Under the pieces are notes generated by a model. That model was not told the DNA's origin. It worked only from the letters and a program-made list of their open reading frames with translations, and did not search any database. A stretch of DNA of 64,000 bases from an uncultured Acidobacteriota bacterium (GTDB lineage Bacteria; Acidobacteriota; Terriglobia; Acidiferrales; UBA7541): NCBI GenBank assembly GCA_963754855.1, contig CAVWHL010000017.1, forward strand, positions 26,075 through 90,074, given 5' to 3'. A program made the position numbers and the translations under genes. Below, piece after piece: positions 40,129 to 50,046 of this stretch. Every line of letters begins with the position of its first letter. The stretch's first letter is position 1.

Positions 40129-40342
40129 AAGAGCTGAGTCATAGTATGTCATTAGAAATAAAGGAGTTAATTTAGATTTGGAGGCTCGCAAAGCCTTCCC
40201 ATGCGATCCAGGCAGCCAGTAATTATTTTGGCGGACTCTCCTTGCGTAGCTGGATGGCCAGGATTGCCCCATGACAGATACTAAGCCTTTTATTTTCAAT
40301 CACAAACAGCCGAGGGAGATCTCTGCCTACCCGGAGGCCCTT

Positions 40343-40509
40343 GGGAACAACTATTGCCGTTCTGTGTAAGTCGTTTCCCGACGAGAGAACTTTGGCAGCC
40401 TACTAGTTACATCAATGGTCTCGGTCGTTCCTATAAGTCATACAAAAAAAAAGACTTATTATTATCTTGCCGCAATCGCATCTTCGAATTCTTTGGACAG
40501 TGAGTTGCC
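40343..40509 (+). promoter_or_regulatory. Two candidate sigma54 promoters for the priming sugar transferase
   Basis: GGGAACAACTATTGC (40343-40357) and TGGACAGTGAGTTGCC (40494-40509), each ~35 nt after a TAAG-starting AT tract (40282 and 40434). Confidence 0.6.
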
Positions 40510-40632
40510 TCTCTCAAGGTTGCGGACTTCCCTTCATTCATGAGGAGGCCTGGGTCCAGCCTGGATTCGCGAATGGCGGTCCCTGACTCGTCCAGTATGG
40601 TGCTACTTCCATAGCACCAACAGAAAGAATCG

Positions 40633-42030
40633 ATGCTGAAGATCGGCGGTCAAAAAATCCCCACGGCAACCAAGGTCTTGGTTGTCGGTGACGCATGCTT
40701 GATTCTTGCTGGAGTATGCCTGGCGGTTCTACTGCGGCTTCATGATCTGCATTCCACAGTGAAATATCTTCATCTCCGCGATATGCCTCTGCGCTTCGGT
40801 CTCGTTTTATTGGCATGCGGTATCTCGCTCTATTACAACGATCTCTATGCCTCGCGGGTCGTAAACCGCCGAAGTGAGTTATTTGTCCTTCTGTTTCAGG
40901 CCATAGGAACAGCTTGGGTGGCCCTTGCAGTTCTCTATTTTTTTATTCCTGACCACATTTTAGGCCGAGGCATCGCCGTCATCTCGGCTCCGATCGTCCT
41001 TTTGTTCTTGCTCAGTTGGCGCCTGGTTTTGTTGGACACAGACTTTCTATTGCCGCGGCAGCAGCGGGTACTGGTTGTTGGAACGGGAAACCTCGGAATC
41101 TCCCTGGTGCGAGAGATCATCCAGCGGCCCGAACTTCATCTCAAGGTAATCGGATTTCTCGACGAGAAGGGAGAGAACATCGGCAAGTCCCTGGTGAATC
41201 CCGGCATCATCGGTGCGACCAGCGAATTGGAGCAGATTTCGACGCGTGAAAAAGTCGACCGCATCGTGCTCTCGCTCAAGGAACGGCGCGGCCAGACTCC
41301 TGTACGGGAGCTTCTGCATCTCAAGTTTGCGGGCATAGCCGTCGAAGATGCTCACACCGTATGTGAACAAATCGACGGCCGCATCCGGCTGGAGCACCTT
41401 TCCCCAAGCTGGATGATCCTCTCCGAAGGTTTTCGCAAGTCTGCCGTGCTGCTTGCCGCAAAACGAATGCTGGACATTTTGGTTTCGTCGGCTCTCTTGG
41501 TTCTCGCTCTGCCGGTCATGGGCATCGTGGCGCTCGCCATTTGGATGGAGTCTGGCAGTCCCATTTTATTCCGCCAGGAACGTATTGGATTGGGTGGAAA
41601 GCCGTTCGAGATCCTAAAGTTTCGTTCGATGAATCATAATGCAGAAGAAAACGGTCCCAAGTGGGCGGCAGATGGAGATCATCGGATTACCCGTGTCGGG
41701 CACATCATCCGGAAACTACGACTTGATGAGCTTCCTCAGGTCGTGAACGTGCTGCGTGGTGAAATGAGTTTTGTCGGTCCGCGCCCGGAACGGGCGATAT
41801 TCTGCCGCATGCTCGAGGCCGAGACGCCCTTTTATGCCTTGCGCTATTCGGCCCGTCCGGGGATCACGGGATGGGCACAAGTAAAATATCAGTATGGAGC
41901 CAGCATCGAAGAAGCGAAGACCAAGCTCGAATATGATCTCTTTTATATAAAACATCTTTCGTTGACTTTGGATTTGGCTATCTTGTTTGAGACCGCGAAG
42001 GTTGTGCTTTGGCGCCGTGGCGCAAAGTAG
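40633..42030 (+). CDS. Priming polyprenyl glycosylphosphotransferase (XrtA/PEP-CTERM-locus type)
   Basis: N-terminal TM helices; KRMLDI, KFRSM, RLDELPQ, GPRPER, PGITGWAQV and KLEYDLFY motifs. Confidence 0.95.
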   Translation: MLKIGGQKIPTATKVLVVGDACLILAGVCLAVLLRLHDLHSTVKYLHLRDMPLRFGLVLLACGISLYYNDLYASRVVNRRSELFVLLFQAIGTAWVALAVLYFFIPDHILGRGIAVISAPIVLLFLLSWRLVLLDTDFLLPRQQRVLVVGTGNLGISLVREIIQRPELHLKVIGFLDEKGENIGKSLVNPGIIGATSELEQISTREKVDRIVLSLKERRGQTPVRELLHLKFAGIAVEDAHTVCEQIDGRIRLEHLSPSWMILSEGFRKSAVLLAAKRMLDILVSSALLVLALPVMGIVALAIWMESGSPILFRQERIGLGGKPFEILKFRSMNHNAEENGPKWAADGDHRITRVGHIIRKLRLDELPQVVNVLRGEMSFVGPRPERAIFCRMLEAETPFYALRYSARPGITGWAQVKYQYGASIEEAKTKLEYDLFYIKHLSLTLDLAILFETAKVVLWRRGAK

Positions 42031-42342
42031 GCAGGCGATAACGAGTTTTGAATTCTCGGCACCGCTTGGGTAATCTGTGGCGGAAAAGTCAAAATGAACG
42101 CTCAAAACAAACCCCGCCGCACAACCGATACGGCTCTTCTTGCCCTCTGGGTATTCGGATACCACACCCTTATTTGGTGCTTCTCAATGTTGCAGAGCGG
42201 AGAGAAGCTAATAGGAGGCTTTCGACGAGGCGGAAGTGCAAAGGCCTTAAAGGCTTAAAGAGAGAAGGTTCGTGAGAAACTGCAAAAAGATTGTATCAGG
42301 AGGCTGAATGGCTTCTTGCGCGGTAGAGAAGTATTCATCATC

Positions 42343-42445
42343 TGGGAAATTGGTTTCCTGCGCGGCGGGACAATGTCCATTGGCAGTTCCTAAGCCCTCT
42401 ATATGCAACACATACAAGCCGTGAGGATTTGGCCGGGTCCTTGCT
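42343..42445 (+). promoter_or_regulatory. Enhancer palindrome, IHF-like site and sigma54 promoter of the wza-like gene
   Basis: TGGGAAATTGGTTTCCTG (42343-42360); TAAG tract at 42391-42414; TGGCCGGGTCCTTGCT (42430-42445). Confidence 0.75.
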
Positions 42446-42479
42446 CTTGTTTCATCGCAATAAGGAAAGGAGTTTGCGC

Positions 42480-43202
42480 TTGTCTTCTCGGAATCTGATT
42501 TTGGGTCTCGCTCTATTGCCGGTGGCTGGCCTTGCGGTTTCACGTGCGCAGGCGACTCCTACGGATAATCTTGTTGTGGTGTTACCTCAATCTGGTCAGC
42601 CCGCTTCAGGTTCCTCCCCATCAACGGAAAAAACTGCCAAAGCAAAAGAGGAAAAACAGACCGGAGACAAGGCAGAAAAGCCGCAGGATGCCACTTCGCA
42701 GTCCGCGCTAACTCCCGAACAGCGATTGACTTATATCATCGGTGTCGAGGATGAGCTGCAGATCTCTGTGTGGAGGGAACCGGAACTCTCGACAACCGTC
42801 GTGGTTCGGCCCGACGGGATGATCACCCTGCCCTTGGTTAACGACGTAAAAGCGGTGGGGTTGAAGACTGAAGAGTTGCAGAGCCTCTTGACAGATAAAC
42901 TCAAGAATTATGTAAATGAACCCCAGGTTACTGTGATTGTTCGAGGCATTCACAGCCGCAAGGTCTATCTCGTTGGCGAGGTCGGGCGCCAGGGAACTTA
43001 CCCTATCAACGGAGATATGACTGCCCTGGAATTGCTCGCCGCGGCTGGAGGGCCGGGGCCTTTTGCGAAGGCTGACTCCATCTATATTCTTCGCGAGCAA
43101 AATGGCAAGAAGATCCGCATTCCGTTCCACTACAAAAAGACAGTTGCCGGTAAGAGCGAAAATGTTACGCTCCAACCAGGGGATGTGGTGGTGGTGCCTT
43201 GA
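42480..43202 (+). CDS. Polysaccharide export protein (Wza/Poly_export plus SLBB)
   Basis: AAGGAG then TTG; YIIGVEDELQISVW, VRPDGMITLPL and LQPGDVVVVP. Confidence 0.92.
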   Translation: MSSRNLILGLALLPVAGLAVSRAQATPTDNLVVVLPQSGQPASGSSPSTEKTAKAKEEKQTGDKAEKPQDATSQSALTPEQRLTYIIGVEDELQISVWREPELSTTVVVRPDGMITLPLVNDVKAVGLKTEELQSLLTDKLKNYVNEPQVTVIVRGIHSRKVYLVGEVGRQGTYPINGDMTALELLAAAGGPGPFAKADSIYILREQNGKKIRIPFHYKKTVAGKSENVTLQPGDVVVVP

Positions 43203-43277
43203 TTCGGGCCTCGCTTTGTCCCAAGTCTTCGAGGTGAATTACAAACAATGGGGTGCGGAGATCTCTTTCGATGGCTG

Positions 43278-44621
43278 ATGCGGCTGGCGTTCCAGCTGAT
43301 TGTTTTGAGCGTTGTCCTGCCGGTCCTGGTGTCGGCACAGGAACCGAGTCAGGCGCCGAGCAAAGACAATCCTCAGGCACAAGATTCGTCAAAAAACCAG
43401 GACAATAGCGACACTTCGCCTGCCAGTCCTATCGGCTTTTCCTGGGCGAACTCTTATGTTAACCAGATTGGGACATCGGGATTGCTTGCTGGGAACCGCT
43501 CAGGCGTTGGTTGGGGAAGTCTTTACATTCCATCTGCCGAAGTAAGCGGCATCGTCGAGAGATTTGGTGCAACGAGTACGTCTCCTGCCTCGACATTTAC
43601 CGCCACTGTTCTGCAGACCACGGTAGTCTACGATCACAAATTCGGAAACAGCCGTCTTGCTGTTCAATACCAGCCGAGCATGGCCATTGCGGAGGGCCAG
43701 ATCGTTAGCAACTTTTCGAACCAGAATACGACTTTCGACTTGGTTCTCTATGCCAGGCCCCGGTGGAACGTGAAATTCAGCGACGCCTTCCAGTATTACT
43801 ACTCACAACAATCTTTCGGGCAACCTTATCTCGACGCGAACCTCAGTAGTGCCAGTCTGGTTACAAATGTTTTCCTGGATGGTCCGGGTCGCTGGCTTTC
43901 CGATAATGCGAATCTTTCCGTTTCATACGCTTTATCTGCGCGATCCTCGATTTCGTTTACTCCCAACTACACATTTGCCGAATCCGGGGAGGGCGTGAAC
44001 TTACAGCGCGGCGTTTCTTATGGCGGTAGCTTCAGCTGGAACTATCTAACGAGTCAGAGACAGACAATTGGCCTTCAATATATGGGGCAGCTGATCCATG
44101 AGACGGCAGGGTTCACGACGGACACCGTGTTTCATACCCTGGCTGCGACCATGCAGCGGCAGATGAGCGCGACTTGGATCATCAGCGGTTCTTTAGGCGC
44201 CACCACCTCCACTGAATCTCAGTCCTCGAGACAATGGTCCTATTACGGAACCTTTGGATTGATCAAGAACTTGGGACGATCCTCTTTGGCTCTTAACTAT
44301 TCCCGCGGTAGCACCCTCGCAAGCGGGCTGATCTCTAGCCAGTATGCAGATCGCGTTGACCTTACCTTTCGAAATCAGCTCACCAAAAGATTCAACTGGG
44401 GAGTTGGTGGTGGCTATATGCGGTTAGTCCAATCCGGAAACTCCAACGGTTGGTACGCATTGTCCGATCTCCAATTCCTGCTGGCTCCTAGAGCCGGCGT
44501 ATTTGCGTCCTTTGATTACTACCACACGGACCAGTCCATCAACGTCAACAATCTCTTTAGCGGGAAGATCGACACTTATTCTTTTGGGCTTCGGTGGCAG
44601 CCCGGCCAAGTACCCCACTGA
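43278..44621 (+). CDS. Outer-membrane beta-barrel protein (polysaccharide export partner)
   Basis: Signal peptide, alternating aromatic beta-strand pattern, C-terminal YSFGLRWQP; follows the wza-like gene. Confidence 0.72.
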   Translation: MRLAFQLIVLSVVLPVLVSAQEPSQAPSKDNPQAQDSSKNQDNSDTSPASPIGFSWANSYVNQIGTSGLLAGNRSGVGWGSLYIPSAEVSGIVERFGATSTSPASTFTATVLQTTVVYDHKFGNSRLAVQYQPSMAIAEGQIVSNFSNQNTTFDLVLYARPRWNVKFSDAFQYYYSQQSFGQPYLDANLSSASLVTNVFLDGPGRWLSDNANLSVSYALSARSSISFTPNYTFAESGEGVNLQRGVSYGGSFSWNYLTSQRQTIGLQYMGQLIHETAGFTTDTVFHTLAATMQRQMSATWIISGSLGATTSTESQSSRQWSYYGTFGLIKNLGRSSLALNYSRGSTLASGLISSQYADRVDLTFRNQLTKRFNWGVGGGYMRLVQSGNSNGWYALSDLQFLLAPRAGVFASFDYYHTDQSINVNNLFSGKIDTYSFGLRWQPGQVPH

Positions 44622-44771
44622 GAATGGCGATCGACCCTTCGCTGCGGTTTAGCTATCCAGCCAGGTGCCGGATCCATCTCAAAGGGCCAGTTTCGCCAGT
44701 CTATCCGCCGCGTAATCCCAGCCTATGCCTGGTTCGGAGAAGGAATTGGGAGAGGAAGTAGGAGAGACATT

Positions 44772-44916
44772 TAGGAAACGGCTTTCCTATACTCCGCTAC
44801 CTACCTCCACCTGCCGAGAAGATGGCTATGCCACTCTTTTATAAGCTATTGAAAATAAATAACTTAGATTATAAGGGAGCAAGAGCCGCCAGTGGGCGTC
44901 TGGTAGAGGGCTTGCT
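44772..44916 (+). promoter_or_regulatory. Enhancer palindrome, IHF-like site and sigma54 promoter of the co-polymerase operon
   Basis: TAGGAAACGGCTTTCCTA (44772-44789); TAAGCTATTGAAAATAAATAACTTA (44842-44866); TGGTAGAGGGCTTGCT (44901-44916). Confidence 0.75.
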
Positions 44917-44972
44917 AGTAAAGTAGTGCCGGAAATTTATTGACCGGCCGGCCAGCTTCTTGGAGGAAGATT

Positions 44973-46541
44973 TTGAACGAACAACCGGCTTTCAATGCTC
45001 CTGGTGACGAGGCGATTAACGTACAGTTTCGGGAGTACTTGGACCTCGTTCGCCGCCGGAAAATGTGGATTATTCTGTGCGCCTTGGGCATTTTCATCTG
45101 TGTCTCAGTGGTAGCCTTGCGGCTTCCTAGCATCTATCGCGCTGAGACGGTCATCCTTGTCGATCCGCAGAAGGTTCCCGATAGTGTCGTGCCCACATCA
45201 GTGACGGGCTCTGTTGCGGATCGCCTCTCCACCATCCGGCAGGAGGTAATGTCACCAACGCAGCTAGGGGTGCTGGTGAAAGAGCTTAACCTTTACCCCA
45301 AATTGCGCGACAAAGTATCCGATCAAGAGCTCGTCGCTCGAATGCAGAAGGCGACCACCATTGAGGTCGTGGACTCCGGCGGTCAGCGATTGAGTGCCTT
45401 CCGCATCGCGTTCACGGACGCTGATCCCAAACAAGTGGCGCCCGTGGCCAATCGCCTCGCTTCGTTGTTCATCGAACGCAATCTGAAGGCTCGGCAACAA
45501 CGCTTCAACGGCACTTCTCAATTTCTCGAAACTGAGTTGGAGTCAACAAAACGCCAGCTCGAAGAGAAGGAACGCCTTGTGAATGAAGTCAGAAGCCGGT
45601 ACATCATGGATCTTCCGGAATCCAAGCAGTATCACCTGGAAGCCATGAACAACCTCCGCGACCAGTTGCGAACCAGCCAAGATCAGGTGAACCGCGATCG
45701 TCAATCCATGGTTTATTTGCAGTCGATGGCTGGATTGACGGCTCCCACAATCGACCTGGACCAGCAGGGAACTGCCGCCAAGTCGCCCTACCAGGCGCAA
45801 CTCCAGAAGCTGGACATGCAGCTAAAAGAAATGGAAGTGCGTTATGGACCGAACTATCCCGACGTTCGCAAACTGCGCAAGGAGATCAGCCAACTGAAGG
45901 CTAAGGCGGACAGCGAGAAACCCGTTGAAGAGGCTTCAGCTTCGCAAGCAAGCACAGACACGCGTCAGGTCCACAACCCGGTGGTTGAAGCGGAAGTGAA
46001 TAAACTGAAGCAGGATATCGACGATCAGACAAAAGCGCAGGCGGAGCTTCAAACCCAGATCCAGTATCACGTTTCCAAGTTGCAGCAGGTTCCCGTCTTC
46101 GAGGAGCAGATCGCGGGTCTCATGCGCGATTACGACGCGCTTCGGAACCACTACAACGATCTCCAGGGGAAAAGGCTCTCCGCGCAGATGGCAGGCGAAT
46201 TGGAGACCCATCAAGCCGGAGAGCGATTTGAGGTTTTGGATGCGGCGATTCCGCCGGAAGGTCCCGCGGGACCCAAGCGCGGGATCATGATTGTTGGCGG
46301 CCTTTTTTTGGGGTTGATGTGCGGAATCGGAGTCGCTTTTCTCGTGGAGATCAGCGACGAATCTGTCCGCCACGAACGCGAAGCAGCGCAGATTTTTGGC
46401 AAGCCCGTGCTCGCCGGAATACCGAAGATCACGAGCGATCAGGAACGCACGTGGGCCCTTTGGCGTATGGCCAGTCTAACGGCAGGCACAGCCGTCGCGG
46501 CTGTTGCTTTTGGCCTCGCGATCTCTAGATTCGTTTCATAA
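44973..46541 (+). CDS. Polysaccharide co-polymerase (Wzz/GumC/Wzc membrane part)
   Basis: Two flanking TM regions, coiled coil, YGPNYPDV and FEVLDAAIPP..PKR. Confidence 0.92.
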   Translation: MNEQPAFNAPGDEAINVQFREYLDLVRRRKMWIILCALGIFICVSVVALRLPSIYRAETVILVDPQKVPDSVVPTSVTGSVADRLSTIRQEVMSPTQLGVLVKELNLYPKLRDKVSDQELVARMQKATTIEVVDSGGQRLSAFRIAFTDADPKQVAPVANRLASLFIERNLKARQQRFNGTSQFLETELESTKRQLEEKERLVNEVRSRYIMDLPESKQYHLEAMNNLRDQLRTSQDQVNRDRQSMVYLQSMAGLTAPTIDLDQQGTAAKSPYQAQLQKLDMQLKEMEVRYGPNYPDVRKLRKEISQLKAKADSEKPVEEASASQASTDTRQVHNPVVEAEVNKLKQDIDDQTKAQAELQTQIQYHVSKLQQVPVFEEQIAGLMRDYDALRNHYNDLQGKRLSAQMAGELETHQAGERFEVLDAAIPPEGPAGPKRGIMIVGGLFLGLMCGIGVAFLVEISDESVRHEREAAQIFGKPVLAGIPKITSDQERTWALWRMASLTAGTAVAAVAFGLAISRFVS

Positions 46542-46547
46542 CACGAA

Positions 46548-47684
46548 ATGTACACAACTTTTTACAATCTTCGAGAAGAGCCCTTCCGGCTCACTTCGGA
46601 TCCGCGGTTCTTCCATCTCGCAGAGCCTCATGCCGCCGCGCTTGCCACTCTCGTGGAAGCGGTCATGCGGCGCAAAGGCTTTGTGCTGATGACCGGTCCC
46701 ATTGGGACAGGCAAGACGACGGTTGTCCACACCGCCCTGCAAATCCTTTCCGAGCGATCTGCGACAAACCATCCCATCTCCTCGGCCTTCATCCTCAATC
46801 CCACGCTTAGCCGTGATGAATTCCTGGAGATGATTCTCACGGAGTTTGAAGTTCCGTGCACAGCGACCAGCAAGCCGGCGCGCCTGTCCGCCCTCCAGCG
46901 CATGCTCCTGGAGACGCAGCGCAAGGGTGGCACATCGCTTCTCCTGGTGGATGAAGCGCATTTGCTTACTTCGGAACTGCTCGAAGAGATCCGCTTGCTG
47001 AGTAATGCCGACACCTACCAGGAAAAACTGCTGCAGATCGTTTTGTGCGGCCAGCCCGAACTCCTGGGCCTCTTGCGCAAGCCCGAATTGCGAGCGCTCC
47101 GGCAGCGCGTCGCGAGCAGCTGCTCGCTTCGCCCTCTGAGCTTTGCCGAGGTGCGCGCCTACATTTCAGAGCGGCTTCAATCGGCGGGCTTCCGCGGCAC
47201 GGCTTCCCCGTTCTCCACGCCGGTGCTCGGTGAGATTTTCCGTCTTACCGAAGGCGTCCCGCGGTTGATCAATCTGCTCTGCGACGCTTGCCTGACGATC
47301 GGATACAAGGCGAACCGGCCGGTCCTTGATCTGATCATTGTCGAAGAAGCGGCATCCGAACTGGGATTGAACGAGACGCTGGCCGAACCCGAGCTTGAAG
47401 AAAAGAAAGCGGCCGCCGGAAACGGGAGCGGCGGCAGAGAAGCTGCGGGAGATGCGGTCATCGGGTCCGCGCTGGACCTGCTTGTGCAAGCCATGAAAAA
47501 GCGAAGCGCCTTCGTGCCGCAGGCGAATGAAATCCGCCCAGAGATGAGCATCAAGGAACAGGTCGCGGTGACGGTGAACGCGGCGCATCAAAAGGATCCC
47601 ACCGGCGACAAGGTCATCGAATCCGCCGTTGACGTTTTGATTCAAGCCATGAAGCTGCGCCGCACTTCCACGATGGAGCTATAA
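46548..47684 (+). CDS. ExeA-family AAA ATPase
   Basis: MYTTFYNLREEPF, GPIGTGKTT, LLVDEAH, GQPEL and GVPRLINLLCD motifs. Confidence 0.93.
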   Translation: MYTTFYNLREEPFRLTSDPRFFHLAEPHAAALATLVEAVMRRKGFVLMTGPIGTGKTTVVHTALQILSERSATNHPISSAFILNPTLSRDEFLEMILTEFEVPCTATSKPARLSALQRMLLETQRKGGTSLLLVDEAHLLTSELLEEIRLLSNADTYQEKLLQIVLCGQPELLGLLRKPELRALRQRVASSCSLRPLSFAEVRAYISERLQSAGFRGTASPFSTPVLGEIFRLTEGVPRLINLLCDACLTIGYKANRPVLDLIIVEEAASELGLNETLAEPELEEKKAAAGNGSGGREAAGDAVIGSALDLLVQAMKKRSAFVPQANEIRPEMSIKEQVAVTVNAAHQKDPTGDKVIESAVDVLIQAMKLRRTSTMEL

Positions 47685-48542
47685 ATGAGCAAGTTTTTCA
47701 ACGAGACGCAGAAGGCCAATCAGTGGGCGCAGCAGAAGCTTGCAAATCAGGACATGAACATCAAACAGATGCTCGAGTCATTGAAGCAGGGTCCCGGTGC
47801 TGATCCGCAACTTGCCGACACTCGACTGGAGGAATGCAGGCAGATCAATGTCGGCAATGGAACTGCTGCACGCCTGGTCCTCCGCCAGGACGATTCTTCA
47901 CAGGCGGCTTTGGAGGCCTACCGCGGACTGCGCACCCGGCTGATGCGCATCCAGGCCAAGTCCGCAGTGCGCTCCATTGTCATTTCGAGTTCGCTCCCGG
48001 GAGAAGGCAAGACTCTGACGACAATGAATCTCGGCTTGTGCTATGCGCAGCTTCCTCAGCAGCGCGTGCTGTTGATTGATGCCGATCTGCGCACCTGCGG
48101 ATTGACCTCGATGCTGGACCATCCGAGCACACCGGGACTCGCGGAGATTCTCTCTGGTGAGGTCACGCCGGACGAAGCGATCGTTGCTACCAATCAAAAG
48201 AACTTGTTTGTTCTGCCCGCCGGAGCCGTCGCGTCTCCTCCTTCGGAACTCTTCACGGGAACGCGATGGCAGGAGTTTCTGGGGCGATGCGGTGAGTTAT
48301 TCAAGGTCATCCTCGTGGATTCGCCGCCGATTCTTCCTTTGACGGATTTCGAATTGATCAGCGCCGCCTGCGACGGCGTCATGATGGTTGTGCGCGCGCG
48401 CCACGGTCAGCGGGAAACGTTGCAGAAAACGGCAGGCGCTATCGACCAGAAGAAACTTCTCGGAGTCGTTTTCAATGCCACCGAGGTCACGGGACAGGAC
48501 AATTACGGATACGGGTATGGCTATGGTTACGGCAAAACCTGA
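47685..48542 (+). CDS. CpsD/CapB-family BY tyrosine kinase
   Basis: PGEGKT, LIDADLR and VDSPP; C-terminal YGYGYGYGYG tyrosine cluster. Confidence 0.94.
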   Translation: MSKFFNETQKANQWAQQKLANQDMNIKQMLESLKQGPGADPQLADTRLEECRQINVGNGTAARLVLRQDDSSQAALEAYRGLRTRLMRIQAKSAVRSIVISSSLPGEGKTLTTMNLGLCYAQLPQQRVLLIDADLRTCGLTSMLDHPSTPGLAEILSGEVTPDEAIVATNQKNLFVLPAGAVASPPSELFTGTRWQEFLGRCGELFKVILVDSPPILPLTDFELISAACDGVMMVVRARHGQRETLQKTAGAIDQKKLLGVVFNATEVTGQDNYGYGYGYGYGKT

Positions 48543-48636
48543 CGCGAGGTTTTGGGAGGTCTTCCTCTGGTTTCCAAGGGCAATGGGTCATGTACCGGTA
48601 CGCCATCAAATGCGCTACGGAGTTTGAGGTAAAGCG

Positions 48637-48897
48637 ATGTATCCGAATTTGAAATTGCAGTTATTCCGAAACGCCGTCCGCCAGAACTTCCTGGCGCGTG
48701 AGCTAGGGATCGACGAGAGCATCTTGAGCAAGATCATCCACGGCTACCGTGAGCCCTCGACGGCGCAGCGACAGATGCTTGCAAACTACCTGGGCGCCGA
48801 GGAGTCCTGGCTCTTCGAGAAGTATGAGGTAGTTTCCTCATCGCGCACATCCGGCAAGGCAGGGTCCTCCGGTGGAATGAAAGATGACATCACTTAG
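48637..48897 (+). CDS. Small XRE/Cro-like HTH protein
   Basis: GAGG RBS; QNFLARELGIDESILSKIIHGYREPS. Confidence 0.8.
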   Translation: MYPNLKLQLFRNAVRQNFLARELGIDESILSKIIHGYREPSTAQRQMLANYLGAEESWLFEKYEVVSSSRTSGKAGSSGGMKDDIT

Positions 48898-49978
48898 CGT
48901 GCAGACTCCGAATTCCCTGATTCCGCATCCTCCCGAGTCACCCTCACCCGTGGTCGTGAACGCTTTTCGAAGTGAGGACGCGGAGCGCTGGGATCGCTTT
49001 GTCCTGGGACAGCGATCCGGGAGCTTGTTCCATCAGATTGCGTGGAAGCGTGTTCTCGAAAGGACGTTCGGCCATCAGGCTCAATATTTCTACGGCGAAC
49101 GTGACGGCCAGATCGTGGGAGTAGCTCCCGTTTTCCTGGTTTCTAACTGGATGGTCGGCCGGTGCCTGATCTCCTCGCCGCTAGCTTCTTACGGAGGCAT
49201 CTGTGCCGGGGATCCTGAAGCTGGGCAGGCGCTCCTCGAGCATCTCAAGCAGCGAGCGAAAGATCAGCAGGTCGATTATCTGGAGTTGCGAAACCAGGAC
49301 GGCGGCGCGCTCTCCGGGTTCGTTCCCAATACCCGCTATACGAGTTTCTCGATGCCGTTGTCGAAGGATCCTCAAGCTGTCCTCAAGGGCCTGCCCAAAG
49401 ATATTCGCTACATGATTCGCAAGGCGGAAAAAGCCGGCCTGCACATCCGGCGCGGCCCCGAGCTTCTCGACGAGTTCTACCGCCTCTTCGCCATCAATAT
49501 GCGCCGTCTCGGCACACCTGTTTTCCCCCGGGCGCTGTTCGTGAACTTGCTCGAGGAATTCGGTAAGCAAATCGATGTGCTCGTGGTGTACGCAGGATCG
49601 GAGCCTGTTGCGAGCGCGGTGTCATTCATTTTCCGTGACACCATGCATCCCTATTACATCGGCGGACTTCCGGTGGCGCGCGATCTGGCGGCCAACAATT
49701 TCTTGTGGTGGGAACTGATGAAATTCGCGGCGGAATCCGGGATGAGCACTTTTGATTTCGGCCGGAGCAAGAAGGGCACCGGCGCGTACGCATTCAAGAA
49801 AAAATGGAATCCCACGATCACGGACCTCGACTACCAGGTGTTTCTCGTGAAACGCAAGACCGCGCCCAATTTCTCTCCGGCGAATCCGAAATTTGAAGCC
49901 GCAACCCAAGTCTGGAGCCGGCTGCCCTTGTGGCTGACAAACCGCCTGGGCCCGCGTGTCGTGCGATGGTTCCCGTGA
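48884..49978 (+). CDS. FemAB-like GNAT protein (XrtA-locus type)
   Basis: WDRFV, YLELR, MRRLGTPVFP and FDFGRSK..GAYAFKKKW motifs. Confidence 0.9.
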   Translation: MTSLSVQTPNSLIPHPPESPSPVVVNAFRSEDAERWDRFVLGQRSGSLFHQIAWKRVLERTFGHQAQYFYGERDGQIVGVAPVFLVSNWMVGRCLISSPLASYGGICAGDPEAGQALLEHLKQRAKDQQVDYLELRNQDGGALSGFVPNTRYTSFSMPLSKDPQAVLKGLPKDIRYMIRKAEKAGLHIRRGPELLDEFYRLFAINMRRLGTPVFPRALFVNLLEEFGKQIDVLVVYAGSEPVASAVSFIFRDTMHPYYIGGLPVARDLAANNFLWWELMKFAAESGMSTFDFGRSKKGTGAYAFKKKWNPTITDLDYQVFLVKRKTAPNFSPANPKFEAATQVWSRLPLWLTNRLGPRVVRWFP

Positions 49979-50046
49979 GCGGTAAAGAACGTCGTTGAGC
50001 TGCCGGCAATGGACCCGCGGAGGGTGCCGGTGCGGATACCGTGACG

